Assembly: GCA_040882365.1 (NCBI GenBank) | Contig: JBBEBI010000041.1 | Coordinates: 16,126 to 80,125 of the forward strand | From: Anaerolineales bacterium | Lineage (GTDB): Bacteria > Chloroflexota > Anaerolineae > Anaerolineales > UBA11579 | DNA: 64,000 bases | Reading direction: 5' to 3' | Part shown: piece after piece, positions 26,228 through 35,226 of the stretch | How positions within the stretch are numbered: the first letter of the stretch is position 1 | How the letters are laid out: each line of letters begins with the position of its first letter | Translations under genes and position numbers: made by a program | The notes under the pieces: model-generated | The model's database searches: none | Told to the model about the DNA's origin: nothing | Seen by the model: the letters and a program-made list of their open reading frames with translations, nothing else

Positions 26228-27368
26228 GTAGCGCCGCCTGCATCAGTGCCTCATAGGCCTTGCACATCTTCTCAATACTGTAGTCAGCCGTCGCTCGTTC
26301 TTGGCCAGCGCGCCCAAGCCGCTGGCGCAACTTTTCATCTTCGATGATGCGCTCCAGCGCTGCAGCTAGCGCGCCAGCGTCACCGGGCGGGACAAGCAAG
26401 GCGCTCTTCCCCTCCTCGACCACGTCCACAACCCCCTCGACGCGGGTGGCGACGACAGGCAGGCCCGCGAAAAGCGCCTCAAGCAATGCGAGAGACAGGC
26501 CTTCCCACAACGAGGGCTGTACAAATACATCCGCTGCAAATAGCAGGTTAGCAACGTCATCGCGCACGCCTAAGAACAAAACCTTATCGACAATTCCCAG
26601 ATCCGTTGCCTTCTTTTCTAAGTCGATTCTTTGCGGTCCATCCCCAGCAAACACGAACCTGAGTTCGGAATGTCCGGGCGCAACTAAAGCAATAGCATCA
26701 AGCAAATGGGTATGCCCTTTTTGATTCGTTAACCGCCCCAAAGTCAAGAACAGAAGGCCATTGGCAGGAATCCCAAGTTCTTTTCGAGCGATACCTGCAT
26801 CCTTCTTTTTGGATAGCGGTTCAATTCCGTTTGGGATCACAACCAAGCGGCTCGCCCGCGCGCCCTCGCGTTGCACTGCATATTCGCGCACCTGTGAGGA
26901 GACTGCTACCATCACACTACACAAGCGCGAATTAGTAAGCCGCCCGTGCAGCCAGGCCATGACGTTGGAAGATCCCTCGATATATCCGTGGTGCGTTCCA
27001 ATGCGAACGGGCACCCGTGCCAGCCAGGCCACCGGCAACCCCAACAAGTTACTATGTGGCGTAAACGTGACAATTACATTAGCATGGCCCTTGAGCACAT
27101 TGTAAAGCCTGCGCAACGCGCCGAATACATGGAACAGATTGAAAAGCGCAAAGGTTTTTAGCCGCCAGCCATTTAACGAAACGACGGGAAACTCGCATCT
27201 GACCTGCCATTTGTCCCTCAATCCCTGCTTGTCGTAGAAGAATACTGCCGTGACCTGATGACCTTGTTGATGAAACCAGCGCGCCTGCGAAAGCAACATC
27301 TTCTGAGCCCCGGCCACTTCCATTTGTGTACCCAGGAAGACAATAGAGAGCTTCTCAGTTGCAGCCAT
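26217..27368 (-). CDS. Glycosyltransferase GT4
   Basis: VFVQPSLWEGLSLALLEALFAGLPVVATRVEGVVDVVEEG (E-x7-E region of glycos_transf_1). Confidence 0.85.
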   Translation of the reverse strand: MAATEKLSIVFLGTQMEVAGAQKMLLSQARWFHQQGHQVTAVFFYDKQGLRDKWQVRCEFPVVSLNGWRLKTFALFNLFHVFGALRRLYNVLKGHANVIVTFTPHSNLLGLPVAWLARVPVRIGTHHGYIEGSSNVMAWLHGRLTNSRLCSVMVAVSSQVREYAVQREGARASRLVVIPNGIEPLSKKKDAGIARKELGIPANGLLFLTLGRLTNQKGHTHLLDAIALVAPGHSELRFVFAGDGPQRIDLEKKATDLGIVDKVLFLGVRDDVANLLFAADVFVQPSLWEGLSLALLEALFAGLPVVATRVEGVVDVVEEGKSALLVPPGDAGALAAALERIIEDEKLRQRLGRAGQERATADYSIEKMCKAYEALMQAALHGA

Positions 27369-27386
27369 AGCGCCCGGCGATTATAG

Positions 27387-28337
27387 CTACCCAGTTCCCA
27401 GCTTTTGATAGCGCAGCCGCCTGAGCCAATTCACAAAATTGCTCCGCAGGCCCAACGGCAAGTAAGACGCCAGCCATGCAAGTGCCGCGCCCAATTGAAG
27501 CGGCCACGCAGCCAGCGCTTTTGCGCTGTGATCGCGGACCTGCTTCATCTCTCGCGGTCCGCCCTCACCCAGTAAATTCTGTCCCAGTTTTTCATGCATT
27601 TTTGCCCTGGCATGCCGCTTGAAGGACGCCGGAAGACTACTGTCCTCGGCAAACGCCTTTTCCAGGTAACGCTCAAAACCTTGGGCACCGCCGCTCCGTG
27701 CAAATGTGGTGCTGGACGCATGTACGCGTACCCGCACCAAAGGTTCGGGGACCACGGCCACTGGATAACGGCGTGCAATGCGCCGCCACAGGTCCAGATC
27801 CTCCGCCCAAGTCATGCTCTCATCGAAGCCCCCTATTGCCCGCAAGGCATCCCTCCTCATCAACATGCAAGGCATGGCCATGAGCACCGACCATTCCTGG
27901 AGCATGTCGGGGTAAATCCAGCCCTGGAAGCGGGACGTATCGCGCACACCCAGGTCTCTTCCCTGATCATCGAACTTGGAAAAACTGCAATGCACATAGC
28001 CGGCATCCGGGTTTTTTGCGAACACGCCCATTTGCTTTTGCAGCTTCTCCGGCAGAAACAAATCATCCGCATCTAGAAAAGCGATATACGGGGCTTGAGC
28101 CAACCGGATACCGTGATTCCGCGCGGCTGAGACCCCCGCCGGTTTCTGGAGGACATAGCGAATCTTCTTGGTTTCGACAAAGGGCGCAAGTTTCCTGCCC
28201 GTATCGTCTGTGGATCCATCATCGATAACAATGACTTCGTAATCGGTATAAGTCTGCGCGAACACGCTTTGTACCGCTTCAGTAATGTACGGCGCGGTAT
28301 TGCGCGTGGGAATTACGACGCAAACAGATGGGGACAC
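27387..28337 (-). CDS. Glycosyltransferase GT2
   Basis: VCVVIPTRNTAPYITEAVQSVFAQTYTDYEVIVIDDGSTDDT...IAFLDADD (GT-A DxD). Confidence 0.85.
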   Translation of the reverse strand: MSPSVCVVIPTRNTAPYITEAVQSVFAQTYTDYEVIVIDDGSTDDTGRKLAPFVETKKIRYVLQKPAGVSAARNHGIRLAQAPYIAFLDADDLFLPEKLQKQMGVFAKNPDAGYVHCSFSKFDDQGRDLGVRDTSRFQGWIYPDMLQEWSVLMAMPCMLMRRDALRAIGGFDESMTWAEDLDLWRRIARRYPVAVVPEPLVRVRVHASSTTFARSGGAQGFERYLEKAFAEDSSLPASFKRHARAKMHEKLGQNLLGEGGPREMKQVRDHSAKALAAWPLQLGAALAWLASYLPLGLRSNFVNWLRRLRYQKLGTG

Positions 28338-28338
28338 G

Positions 28339-29289
28339 CTAAATTTCCCGCTTCAAGTATTTTTCTTGTGCACGGTACACGACCGGTAAAATTCCCAGCC
28401 GCTGCAATATGCTGCGAATTGCGTTCCTGATCCAGCCCAGCGCCCAGAGAGACTTCCTGGTTTGCAGATAGACCGCATGTTGCGGCAAGTAATTGCCCAG
28501 CGGTTTCCAATCCTGCGTAACATTGATCGCCTCGAGACGATATTGCCGCGCAGCTTTCATAAATTCCCAGCGCACCTTATCAAAGACTCCATAGCGCAGT
28601 TGAATGGCGGTTCGCTCCACAGCAGAATCGCTAGCGCCCTGGCAAGTGCTTAGGCCCTTAGCCGCGTTCGTGAAGTAGCCCGCCAAGCCTTCAGCCCGGA
28701 CCATGGTCAGCCCGCGGACCGCTATGCGGAAGGAGTACTCCATATCGGGGCCGATCCGGAATTGTTCATCGAAAAATCCAATTTGCTCCGACACACTACT
28801 GCGAAGCAGCCAAAACGCGCCTCCTTGAGCGAAGGCACGGCGAAAGTGGTTTATCCGAAAAGCAGGGGTGTGGCGGCGAGCGCCTTCCTCTTCGCCGTAA
28901 TTTTCCACGGCTATGTAATCCGCATAGCACAGTGCAGCTTCCGGATGTTGCTTCAAGGCGGCCAATTGGCACTGCAGGGAATCGATCAAGCGCCTATCAT
29001 CCACATTCCAAATGGCCAGGTATGGCGCTTTGGTGGCCTGCCAGGCCCGGTTCCATGAAGCCCCGAGGGTTTCTAACCGGGGCGGGAAGAGGGTGTGCAC
29101 GCGTTCCGAATGCCTGAGTGCAAAATCCTTCGCCAGAGTCTTCTCTCGCATGCTGGGATCATTCAGGACCAGAATTAACTCAAGTTCGGGGAATACCGTT
29201 TGGGCGCGCAGGTTTTCAAAAAAACCTGGCAGGTATTCCTCGCCCCGGTATACCGATGTGAGGACGCTCAGGGAAGGTACAAAAGCCAT
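28339..29289 (-). CDS. Glycosyltransferase GT2
   Basis: LSVLTSVYRGEEYLPGFFENLRAQT...LILVLNDPS...YLAIWNVDD. GT-A fold pattern. 1-nt gap to the next GT2. Confidence 0.75.
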   Translation of the reverse strand: MAFVPSLSVLTSVYRGEEYLPGFFENLRAQTVFPELELILVLNDPSMREKTLAKDFALRHSERVHTLFPPRLETLGASWNRAWQATKAPYLAIWNVDDRRLIDSLQCQLAALKQHPEAALCYADYIAVENYGEEEGARRHTPAFRINHFRRAFAQGGAFWLLRSSVSEQIGFFDEQFRIGPDMEYSFRIAVRGLTMVRAEGLAGYFTNAAKGLSTCQGASDSAVERTAIQLRYGVFDKVRWEFMKAARQYRLEAINVTQDWKPLGNYLPQHAVYLQTRKSLWALGWIRNAIRSILQRLGILPVVYRAQEKYLKREI

Positions 29290-29323
29290 CAGAAGGGATT
29301 ATGCCGTACAGCGAGGAAAAGCA

Positions 29324-30502
29324 TCAGCTTTTCCAGGTACGGCGAATGGGCTCGAAACGGTCCAGGATCTCAAATACACCGCGCACAAAATCCTCAGCGG
29401 TCCAGCTGGCGGCCCGTTTGCGGCCGCGGGCAATCAACTTGCTTCGCAGGCCGTGGTCGCCATGTATCTTTCGGATCGCACCGGCGATTTCATCCGGGCT
29501 GGCTGGGTCCACCAGCAGCGCTGCATTGCCAAATTGCTCCTCGGCCCCGTCCACCCGGGCGGCGATCACCGGGCAACCCAGAGCGAAAGCCTCGAGCGGT
29601 GGCAGGTTCTCGGGCCCGAAAAAACTGACATAGGTCAGTGCCAGCGCGTTTTGATAAAGGGCGACCAATTGTGAGGCATTTACAAAGCCTAGCACCCGAA
29701 CCTGGTCATTCAGTCCCAGCTTGGCAATATTCTCTTCGACAAAGGCTTTGTTGCCAAAATCTGAGCCAGCCAACACCAATGGGATGTTCAATCTCTTGTC
29801 TCGAAGTTTTTTCAACGCCAGGAGTAGATTGACGTGGTTTTTGTGCGCCCAGAATTGAGCTGGATATAAGAGATAACCGGGTTGAAATCCCGCTACCTCC
29901 TCTCTCTCCCCCTTAGCATTCAATGCGTAAGAGGGCGTCGGGTGCGGAAGGACGTGTATGCGTTCCGGCGGCACCTGCAGGAAATTTAGGACCTCTTCTT
30001 TGCCGACCTGTGTGCCCGTAATAATGCCCGCAGCGCGCCTAAGAAAGGGTGTCAGGCGTCGTTCGCGGGTTTCCCATTCGGCGTTCTCGCTCACTTCGGG
30101 GAACCACGGCTGCTTGCGATGCTGCAAATCGAGCACGATGGTCAGATAGGGTAAATCAATTTCCACAGGCCGCGGGCCAAGAAACCACACGAATTCCACT
30201 CCCCCGGCCCGCAGTTTGCGCTCCAGCGCACTACGGCCCGAAAGGCGCTTGCGCCAGCTGGGAAAGGTGCGCGACACGAAAGCGCCAATTCTTTCGCCGA
30301 GTCCTGCGCCACGATAAGGTAACCATTGCAGGCCCGCCCTTTTTGCAGCCGCCCCGATCTCACGACTGGGTGCGGAGATGATGACGAATTGGTGCAGGCT
30401 TTTGGGCTCCAGGGTGCATATGGCACGAAAGATATCGGCCTGCATGGTGTATGCGCCGCCATCTTGCGGACGGTAGTGATCGAGATAAATGCCGACCTTC
30501 AT
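29324..30502 (-). CDS. Glycosyltransferase GT4
   Basis: ALTYVSFFGPENLPPLEAFALGCPVIAARVDGAEEQFG (glycos_transf_1 signature). Confidence 0.8.
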   Translation of the reverse strand: MKVGIYLDHYRPQDGGAYTMQADIFRAICTLEPKSLHQFVIISAPSREIGAAAKRAGLQWLPYRGAGLGERIGAFVSRTFPSWRKRLSGRSALERKLRAGGVEFVWFLGPRPVEIDLPYLTIVLDLQHRKQPWFPEVSENAEWETRERRLTPFLRRAAGIITGTQVGKEEVLNFLQVPPERIHVLPHPTPSYALNAKGEREEVAGFQPGYLLYPAQFWAHKNHVNLLLALKKLRDKRLNIPLVLAGSDFGNKAFVEENIAKLGLNDQVRVLGFVNASQLVALYQNALALTYVSFFGPENLPPLEAFALGCPVIAARVDGAEEQFGNAALLVDPASPDEIAGAIRKIHGDHGLRSKLIARGRKRAASWTAEDFVRGVFEILDRFEPIRRTWKS

Positions 30503-30505
30503 AGA

Positions 30506-31273
30506 CTATGGCCGCCTTGCGACCGCCAAGATGTGCCAGGTATCTTCAGTGATCGCAGCATTTCTCTCATACGCCGGCAGGAACTCCACCGGTTCGAATC
30601 TGCAACTTTCCAAAAATGCCGCCATCTCCTGCACGAGAAAAAAACGGTTAATCTGTGTTTCCTGCAGATGGTTGGCGTGGCTATTCCTGCCCGAATCATC
30701 AATGTCATAGGTGACCTCGGCCAACTGCTTGGCCACATCCAAACGCGTGCTCGATTTCCGAACCACTTCGCCGCCGCCCGTTTTCCAGCGTCGTTCCCGC
30801 ATTGGTTCGAAATTTCTAAGCATGGCCGCGGCATGCCAGAATTCATAAACAAAAAGGCCCTGTGGGATCAACTGGGTTCGCACGCCATCTAAAACCCGAC
30901 GGATACCCGCGTTCGTTTGCACGTAGCCGATGGAGTCAAATAGACAGTAGGCGGCGTCAAAAGGTCCGTCCGGTAGATCAAGTTTTCGCATATCCTGGAA
31001 ACGAAAATCCACATAGGATTTCTTTTCCTTCGCCTTACGTCGAGCGACTTTCAATAGGTCATCCGAGTAATCCGTGGCAACTATACGATAACCCAACCTC
31101 TCTAGCTCGAAGGCATGGCCGCCTGTTCCGCACGCCAGCTCCAGCAATCGATGGCACTTGCCATCGGAATACTTCTGCAGACATTCGTGGACAAATGTAG
31201 CTTCCGCCGCGTACGGTTTATCTTGATAGAAGATATCGTATAACTCGGCGTGCCTGCCGATGTAAGAACTCAT
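30506..31273 (-). CDS. TylM1/DesVI-like SAM-dependent sugar N-methyltransferase candidate
   Basis: AELYDIFYQDKPYAAEATFVHECL...RLLELACGTGGHAFEL...DYSDDLLKVARRK...QDMRKLDL..FDAAYCLFDSIGYV...IPQGLFVYEFWH aligns motif-for-motif with my recollection of TylM1 (AELYDLVHQGKGKDY..EA...LLDVACGTGMHL...LSADMLAIARRR...GDMRDFSL..FSAVTCMFSSIGHL...VVVEPWW). Confidence 0.6.
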   Translation of the reverse strand: MSSYIGRHAELYDIFYQDKPYAAEATFVHECLQKYSDGKCHRLLELACGTGGHAFELERLGYRIVATDYSDDLLKVARRKAKEKKSYVDFRFQDMRKLDLPDGPFDAAYCLFDSIGYVQTNAGIRRVLDGVRTQLIPQGLFVYEFWHAAAMLRNFEPMRERRWKTGGGEVVRKSSTRLDVAKQLAEVTYDIDDSGRNSHANHLQETQINRFFLVQEMAAFLESCRFEPVEFLPAYERNAAITEDTWHILAVARRP

Positions 31274-31279
31274 GCGCCT

Positions 31280-32395
31280 TCAATTATCCCAGTTGGGCGC
31301 CTGGCGAATGGCATCGGCAATGAACGTGATCTTCTCTTCGTCGAGGTTCCAGGTTGAGGGCAAATAGAGCCCGGTCTCCCAGAGCGAATCAGCGACGGGA
31401 CAAGCCACTTCACGAAAACCCGGCATCTTCCGCAGCACCGGTTGCTGGTTCATGGGACAGAAGAAGGTTCGAGTCTGGATGCCGCGTTCGGCGAGTGCCT
31501 CTGTCAGCTTGTCTCGCGAGATACCAAATTCCGGCTGCACCGCGATGCCATACATCCAATAGACGTTCTTGGCCCAGTCCAGTTCAGCCGGCAATTGCAG
31601 GCCCGGCACATCTTTCAACTTCCGGTTGTAGCTGTGGGCCACGCGGCGCTTCTCCCCAACAATCTTGTCGATTTTGCGAAATTGAGCCAAACCCAAGGCA
31701 GCAACAAAGCCAGGCATGCGGAAATTGAAGCCGGCCAACTCGTGCCGGAAGCGTGGCTCGGTAAACGCCAGGTTGCGCAACAGCCTCAAGCGTTCCGCAA
31801 ACGCGGCGGCGTTGGTCGTGACCATGCCACCCTCACCGGTTGTAATGACCTTGTTGGCGTAGAAACTAAAGCAGGCCATGTGCCCGAAGCTACCGGTCAT
31901 ACGGCCGCGCACTGTGGCGCCATGCGATTCTGCGCAATCCTCTATCACAATTAGATTGTGTCGATTGGCGATCTCCATCAGTCGATCCATATCAACGGGA
32001 TGACCATAGAGGTGCACCGGGATAATGGCTTTGGTTCTGGGGGTGATCAGGCCCTCGATCAGATCCAGGTTGAGATTCCAAGTAACAGGTTCTGAATCCA
32101 CCGGGACAGGGATGGCGCCGTTGTGCACGGCTGCCAGCGCAGTGGCGATATTGGTGCTGGCGCTGACCAAGACCTCATCGCCGCGTTGCAGCTCCAGCGC
32201 GGCTACCGCCAAGTGCAACGCCGAGCTGCCGCTATTGACCGCCACGCCGAATTTGCACCCCACATAAGCAGCGAAGTCGTTTTCGAAATCTTCTATGTAG
32301 TTGCCGAAGGTGCCAGAGACCTGCCCCTTACGCAAGGCATCTACCACCATGGCAATTTCATCTTCACTGATGACGGGCTCAAAAACCGGGATCAT
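31280..32395 (-). CDS. DegT/DnrJ/EryC1/StrS-family PLP-dependent sugar aminotransferase
   Basis: MIPVFEPVISEDEI...SGSSALHLA...IIPVHLYGHPVDMD...FSFYANKVITTGEGG (PLP lysine motif). Confidence 0.9.
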   Translation of the reverse strand: MIPVFEPVISEDEIAMVVDALRKGQVSGTFGNYIEDFENDFAAYVGCKFGVAVNSGSSALHLAVAALELQRGDEVLVSASTNIATALAAVHNGAIPVPVDSEPVTWNLNLDLIEGLITPRTKAIIPVHLYGHPVDMDRLMEIANRHNLIVIEDCAESHGATVRGRMTGSFGHMACFSFYANKVITTGEGGMVTTNAAAFAERLRLLRNLAFTEPRFRHELAGFNFRMPGFVAALGLAQFRKIDKIVGEKRRVAHSYNRKLKDVPGLQLPAELDWAKNVYWMYGIAVQPEFGISRDKLTEALAERGIQTRTFFCPMNQQPVLRKMPGFREVACPVADSLWETGLYLPSTWNLDEEKITFIADAIRQAPNWDN

Positions 32396-32804
32396 TTTTC
32401 ACGTCCACGAACACTTTGTCCTGCTCCTCCCCCAAATAAGGGCCTTGTTTCACGCTAATGCACTGCATATCTTCCAGCACGCGGATGGCGTGCACGCCAT
32501 GAATAAGCACGATGGCGTCGCCGGGGTGCATCTCGATCTCGCGCAACAGATTGCCTTCATCACTATAAAGATCGACAACCACTACACCTCGCTGCACCAT
32601 GAACATCTGCTGCAAATCGCTGATCGTACGTGTCACTGGTTTGTGATAGTGAGGAGGCTCAACAAAGCCGGCTGTATGGGCTAGTAGGCCGAATTGAAAG
32701 GATGAATCGGCCGGGGAAAAGAATGTGGTCTTCTCCACTTTCGTATCCGCCCAGATGATCTCGGCGCATTTGATACCGCTAAATTCGACAACTTCGATGG
32801 CCAT
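32379..32804 (-). CDS. Small cupin-fold protein (sugar-nucleotide ketoisomerase/epimerase candidate, FdtA/WbuC-like)
   Basis: 141 aa. Cupin motifs PPHYHKP...MFMVQRGVVVVDLY...MHPGDAIVLIHGVHAIRVLED. 17-nt overlap with the aminotransferase gene. The precise activity cannot be inferred by eye. Confidence 0.45.
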   Translation of the reverse strand: MAIEVVEFSGIKCAEIIWADTKVEKTTFFSPADSSFQFGLLAHTAGFVEPPHYHKPVTRTISDLQQMFMVQRGVVVVDLYSDEGNLLREIEMHPGDAIVLIHGVHAIRVLEDMQCISVKQGPYLGEEQDKVFVDVKNDPGF

Positions 32805-32820
32805 TCTTATCCTTGTCTAT

Positions 32821-33594
32821 TCAATCAGATGACTGAGGTTTCCTGACAATCATGCCATGCTGCCCCCCGTAATAGTCAAACCCATTGGGAACATTCTTAT
32901 GGGAAGACGTAAAACCAAGGACCTGCAACCCTATGGACCGTGCCATTCTTTTCGCGTAGGAGCGCGTAACAACCAAATTCGTGTGGTTCACCTCGGCGGC
33001 AAACTCCAGATACCCTTTTGGCAGCCATAGGTTTTCCAATATAGTATCGAGCGCGAAGAGCATTGGTGATTTTCGATTTATGGAGTGCCTGGCTTTTCGT
33101 CCGAAGTACAGGATCCCATATCCCCGGGGCTTCAGCACACGCATTGAATCTACCAGATATGACTCGAAAACCTGGACTTTCTCCACGTGCTGCAAGACTA
33201 TGAAAGAATAGACAAAATCAATACTGCAATCCGGCAAGGGAATCGTCATTCCATCCGACGAATACAACTCAATATTGTTGATTCCTCTGGCAGCTAATTC
33301 CTTCTTTACTAACTCGGCGTTCTCGTGAATATCGATGCCAACGGCTTTCCCGAAACTTTGGGCAGCGGCGGCCAACAATCTTCCTCCTCCATACCCAATT
33401 TCAAGACTAACTAGGCTCTCGGGAGATTTCAGGTACTTCGCCATCGGGTGGGCGATATGCACGCTGAAATCCCACATCCCTTGAACGAAGGATGCCTCGG
33501 CATCTTGCGCGGTGTCGAACCAGGTGAAAAATGCATCCTTGGATGTCCTGGCTGCCTCGCGGATCTCGCGTTTGAAATCGCCTTGTTGGCTCAT
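32821..33594 (-). CDS. Class I SAM-dependent methyltransferase
   Basis: Motif I LVSLEIGYGGGRLL, then IDFVYSFIVLQHV and LKPRGYGILYF. Confidence 0.75.
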   Translation of the reverse strand: MSQQGDFKREIREAARTSKDAFFTWFDTAQDAEASFVQGMWDFSVHIAHPMAKYLKSPESLVSLEIGYGGGRLLAAAAQSFGKAVGIDIHENAELVKKELAARGINNIELYSSDGMTIPLPDCSIDFVYSFIVLQHVEKVQVFESYLVDSMRVLKPRGYGILYFGRKARHSINRKSPMLFALDTILENLWLPKGYLEFAAEVNHTNLVVTRSYAKRMARSIGLQVLGFTSSHKNVPNGFDYYGGQHGMIVRKPQSSD

Positions 33595-33638
33595 TTAGAA
33601 GGAAGATCCTTAGTATAAATCTTGGATATATCGACTAT

Positions 33639-33875
33639 TTATATCGTACCGGGTTTCCTGCCCAGCGCCCCAATGAACACCCCACCTAGATAGCTCATTT
33701 CCGCCTGGATCTCCAATCCGGCGGAGGCGAGGAGGCTGTGCAATTCGCCTCGGCCATACACACGCCCCAGCCAGGCCCGCATTCGCCGGTTGGGGATGAG
33801 CCGCAGCCAGCCGGCGGGGCCGTACTTGTTAGGTACACCCACAAAAACCCAACCTCCAGGCTTGGCAACCCTGGT
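33639..33875 (-). pseudogene. 3' remnant of a class I methyltransferase gene
   Basis: The frame opens after a stop at 33876-33878 and reads TRVAKPGGWVFVGVPNKYGPAGWLRL...ELHSLLASAGLEIQAEMSYLGGVFIGALGRK. This is only the post-motif-II LKPGG...C-terminal part of a methyltransferase. There is no SAM-binding N-terminus. Confidence 0.55.
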
Positions 33876-34179
33876 TCATAACCTCGGGCGGCATGGTGGC
33901 GTCCGCATCCATCCATCCAATGATGTCTCCACTGGCCTCCAAAATGCCGCGATGGAACGCAGCGGCTAATCTGCGCGCCTTCCGACGGATCAGTCGAAGG
34001 TTTGGATGGCCCAGTCCAGCCACCACATCTGCCGTCCTATCGGGGGAAGCATCGTCTACTACGATGACCTCGAGGGGCGCGTCGATCTTGCCATATAAGT
34101 CATCGATCAGCGCGGCGATATGCTCCCTTTCCTTATAGGTTGGGATAATGATGGAAACTTCGCTTCCGGCGGGGCGCAT
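33829..34179 (-). pseudogene. 5' remnant of a DPM1/GtrB-like GT2 (polyprenyl-phosphate glycosyltransferase) gene
   Basis: VSIIIPTYKEREHIAALIDDL...EVIVVDDASPDRTADVV...IRRKAR..AAAFHRGILEASGDIIGWMDADATMPPEVM matches the first 100 or so residues of DPM1-type GT2. Homology then stops and the frame terminates 15 codons later (116 aa in total). Confidence 0.6.
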
Positions 34180-34193
34180 GACTGGAGCTTACC

Positions 34194-35222
34194 TTAGCCA
34201 GAAGGATGCAGAACGGCCGACCGAATTGCCTTCCAGATCAACCGCAGAGGCCAATAAACCACCAATAGACGGCGCGCGATGATCTGCTGGACCAAGTAGA
34301 GCGGCGATTTCATCAGCCGCTCGATGTCTCCCGCCGCGCGCATAGGTTCATTGAGCTTGCCAACTGCCAAATCGCGTTGCAATGCAATGATTGCTTCAGG
34401 GTGTTCACCCCTATAAGGTTCCAGCCATTGCAAATTTGGCCATCCCTTCTCTCCCAGGAACATGGGCCGCCTCAATCTTTGATAGCTCTCTTCGAACCAG
34501 TGTTTGTTGCGGCGAAAGGCCGAGGTCCAGTCGACGTGAGAATAGTAGCCAACCTTTTGCTGCGCTTGTTTTGGAAAGACGTATGAATAGTGGAATAGCA
34601 ATATAGGTCTGTCCCTATTTTTAGGGGAAGAAATCCAATGCTTTTCTCTTAGATCAACGCCGTAAGTATCGAGAACGGTTGGCGGTCTGTGCGCAAGATA
34701 TCTATATCCAGGATCCCAACGAAATACGCGATGGAAAAGCCTATGCTCGTATAAATGCCATTGCCCAGTAATCAAGCTGTGAAACCCTCCAAAGAACTCG
34801 TGATAAGGAAATGAGATCGTGGCAATTTCATCTTCCCGGTCCAAAATATTGAGGACTGCCTGCATGTCGTCATTCATATAGAATTCATCACTGTCTACTT
34901 GCCATAGCCATTGTCCTGAAATTCTCTTGGCATATGCCTGGGACATTTCGTCTTTTTCCGGCCAAAACCCATCCACAAATCCTTCATCAGCGGCCGTGAT
35001 TACCCGCAGCTTCTTACCCGGGTCATGCCGGGTCCCGAACTCAGCCAACATCTCCCGCGTGCCGTCCGTGGAATGCCCGTCAGAGGTGGCCAGCGACTTC
35101 GCCGCGCGGGTGGCGCCTTCCACCACAATGATCTCGTGGGCGAATGGATACAGGGCGTGCAGGTTGTATTCCAGAAGGGGCTGGGCATTGAGGGCGATAA
35201 TTCCAAAGCTTACGCGAGCCAT
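34194..35222 (-). CDS. GT2-like (GT-A fold) glycosyltransferase, divergent
   Basis: Start set at MARVSFGIIALNAQPLLEYNLHAL (ATG 35222, just after the upstream stop at 35227-35229). EIIVVEGATR...STDGTREML...WQVDSDEF (DxD-like DSD). Confidence 0.5.
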   Translation of the reverse strand: MARVSFGIIALNAQPLLEYNLHALYPFAHEIIVVEGATRAAKSLATSDGHSTDGTREMLAEFGTRHDPGKKLRVITAADEGFVDGFWPEKDEMSQAYAKRISGQWLWQVDSDEFYMNDDMQAVLNILDREDEIATISFPYHEFFGGFHSLITGQWHLYEHRLFHRVFRWDPGYRYLAHRPPTVLDTYGVDLREKHWISSPKNRDRPILLFHYSYVFPKQAQQKVGYYSHVDWTSAFRRNKHWFEESYQRLRRPMFLGEKGWPNLQWLEPYRGEHPEAIIALQRDLAVGKLNEPMRAAGDIERLMKSPLYLVQQIIARRLLVVYWPLRLIWKAIRSAVLHPSG

Positions 35223-35226
35223 ATGG

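Noticed and set aside
33639-34179. Possibility that the two fragments form one gene read by programmed frameshifting
   Set aside because: The two halves belong to unrelated folds: the N-terminal part of a GT-A GT2 and the C-terminal part of a Rossmann methyltransferase. Each lacks its essential other half. A deletion scar is the simpler explanation.
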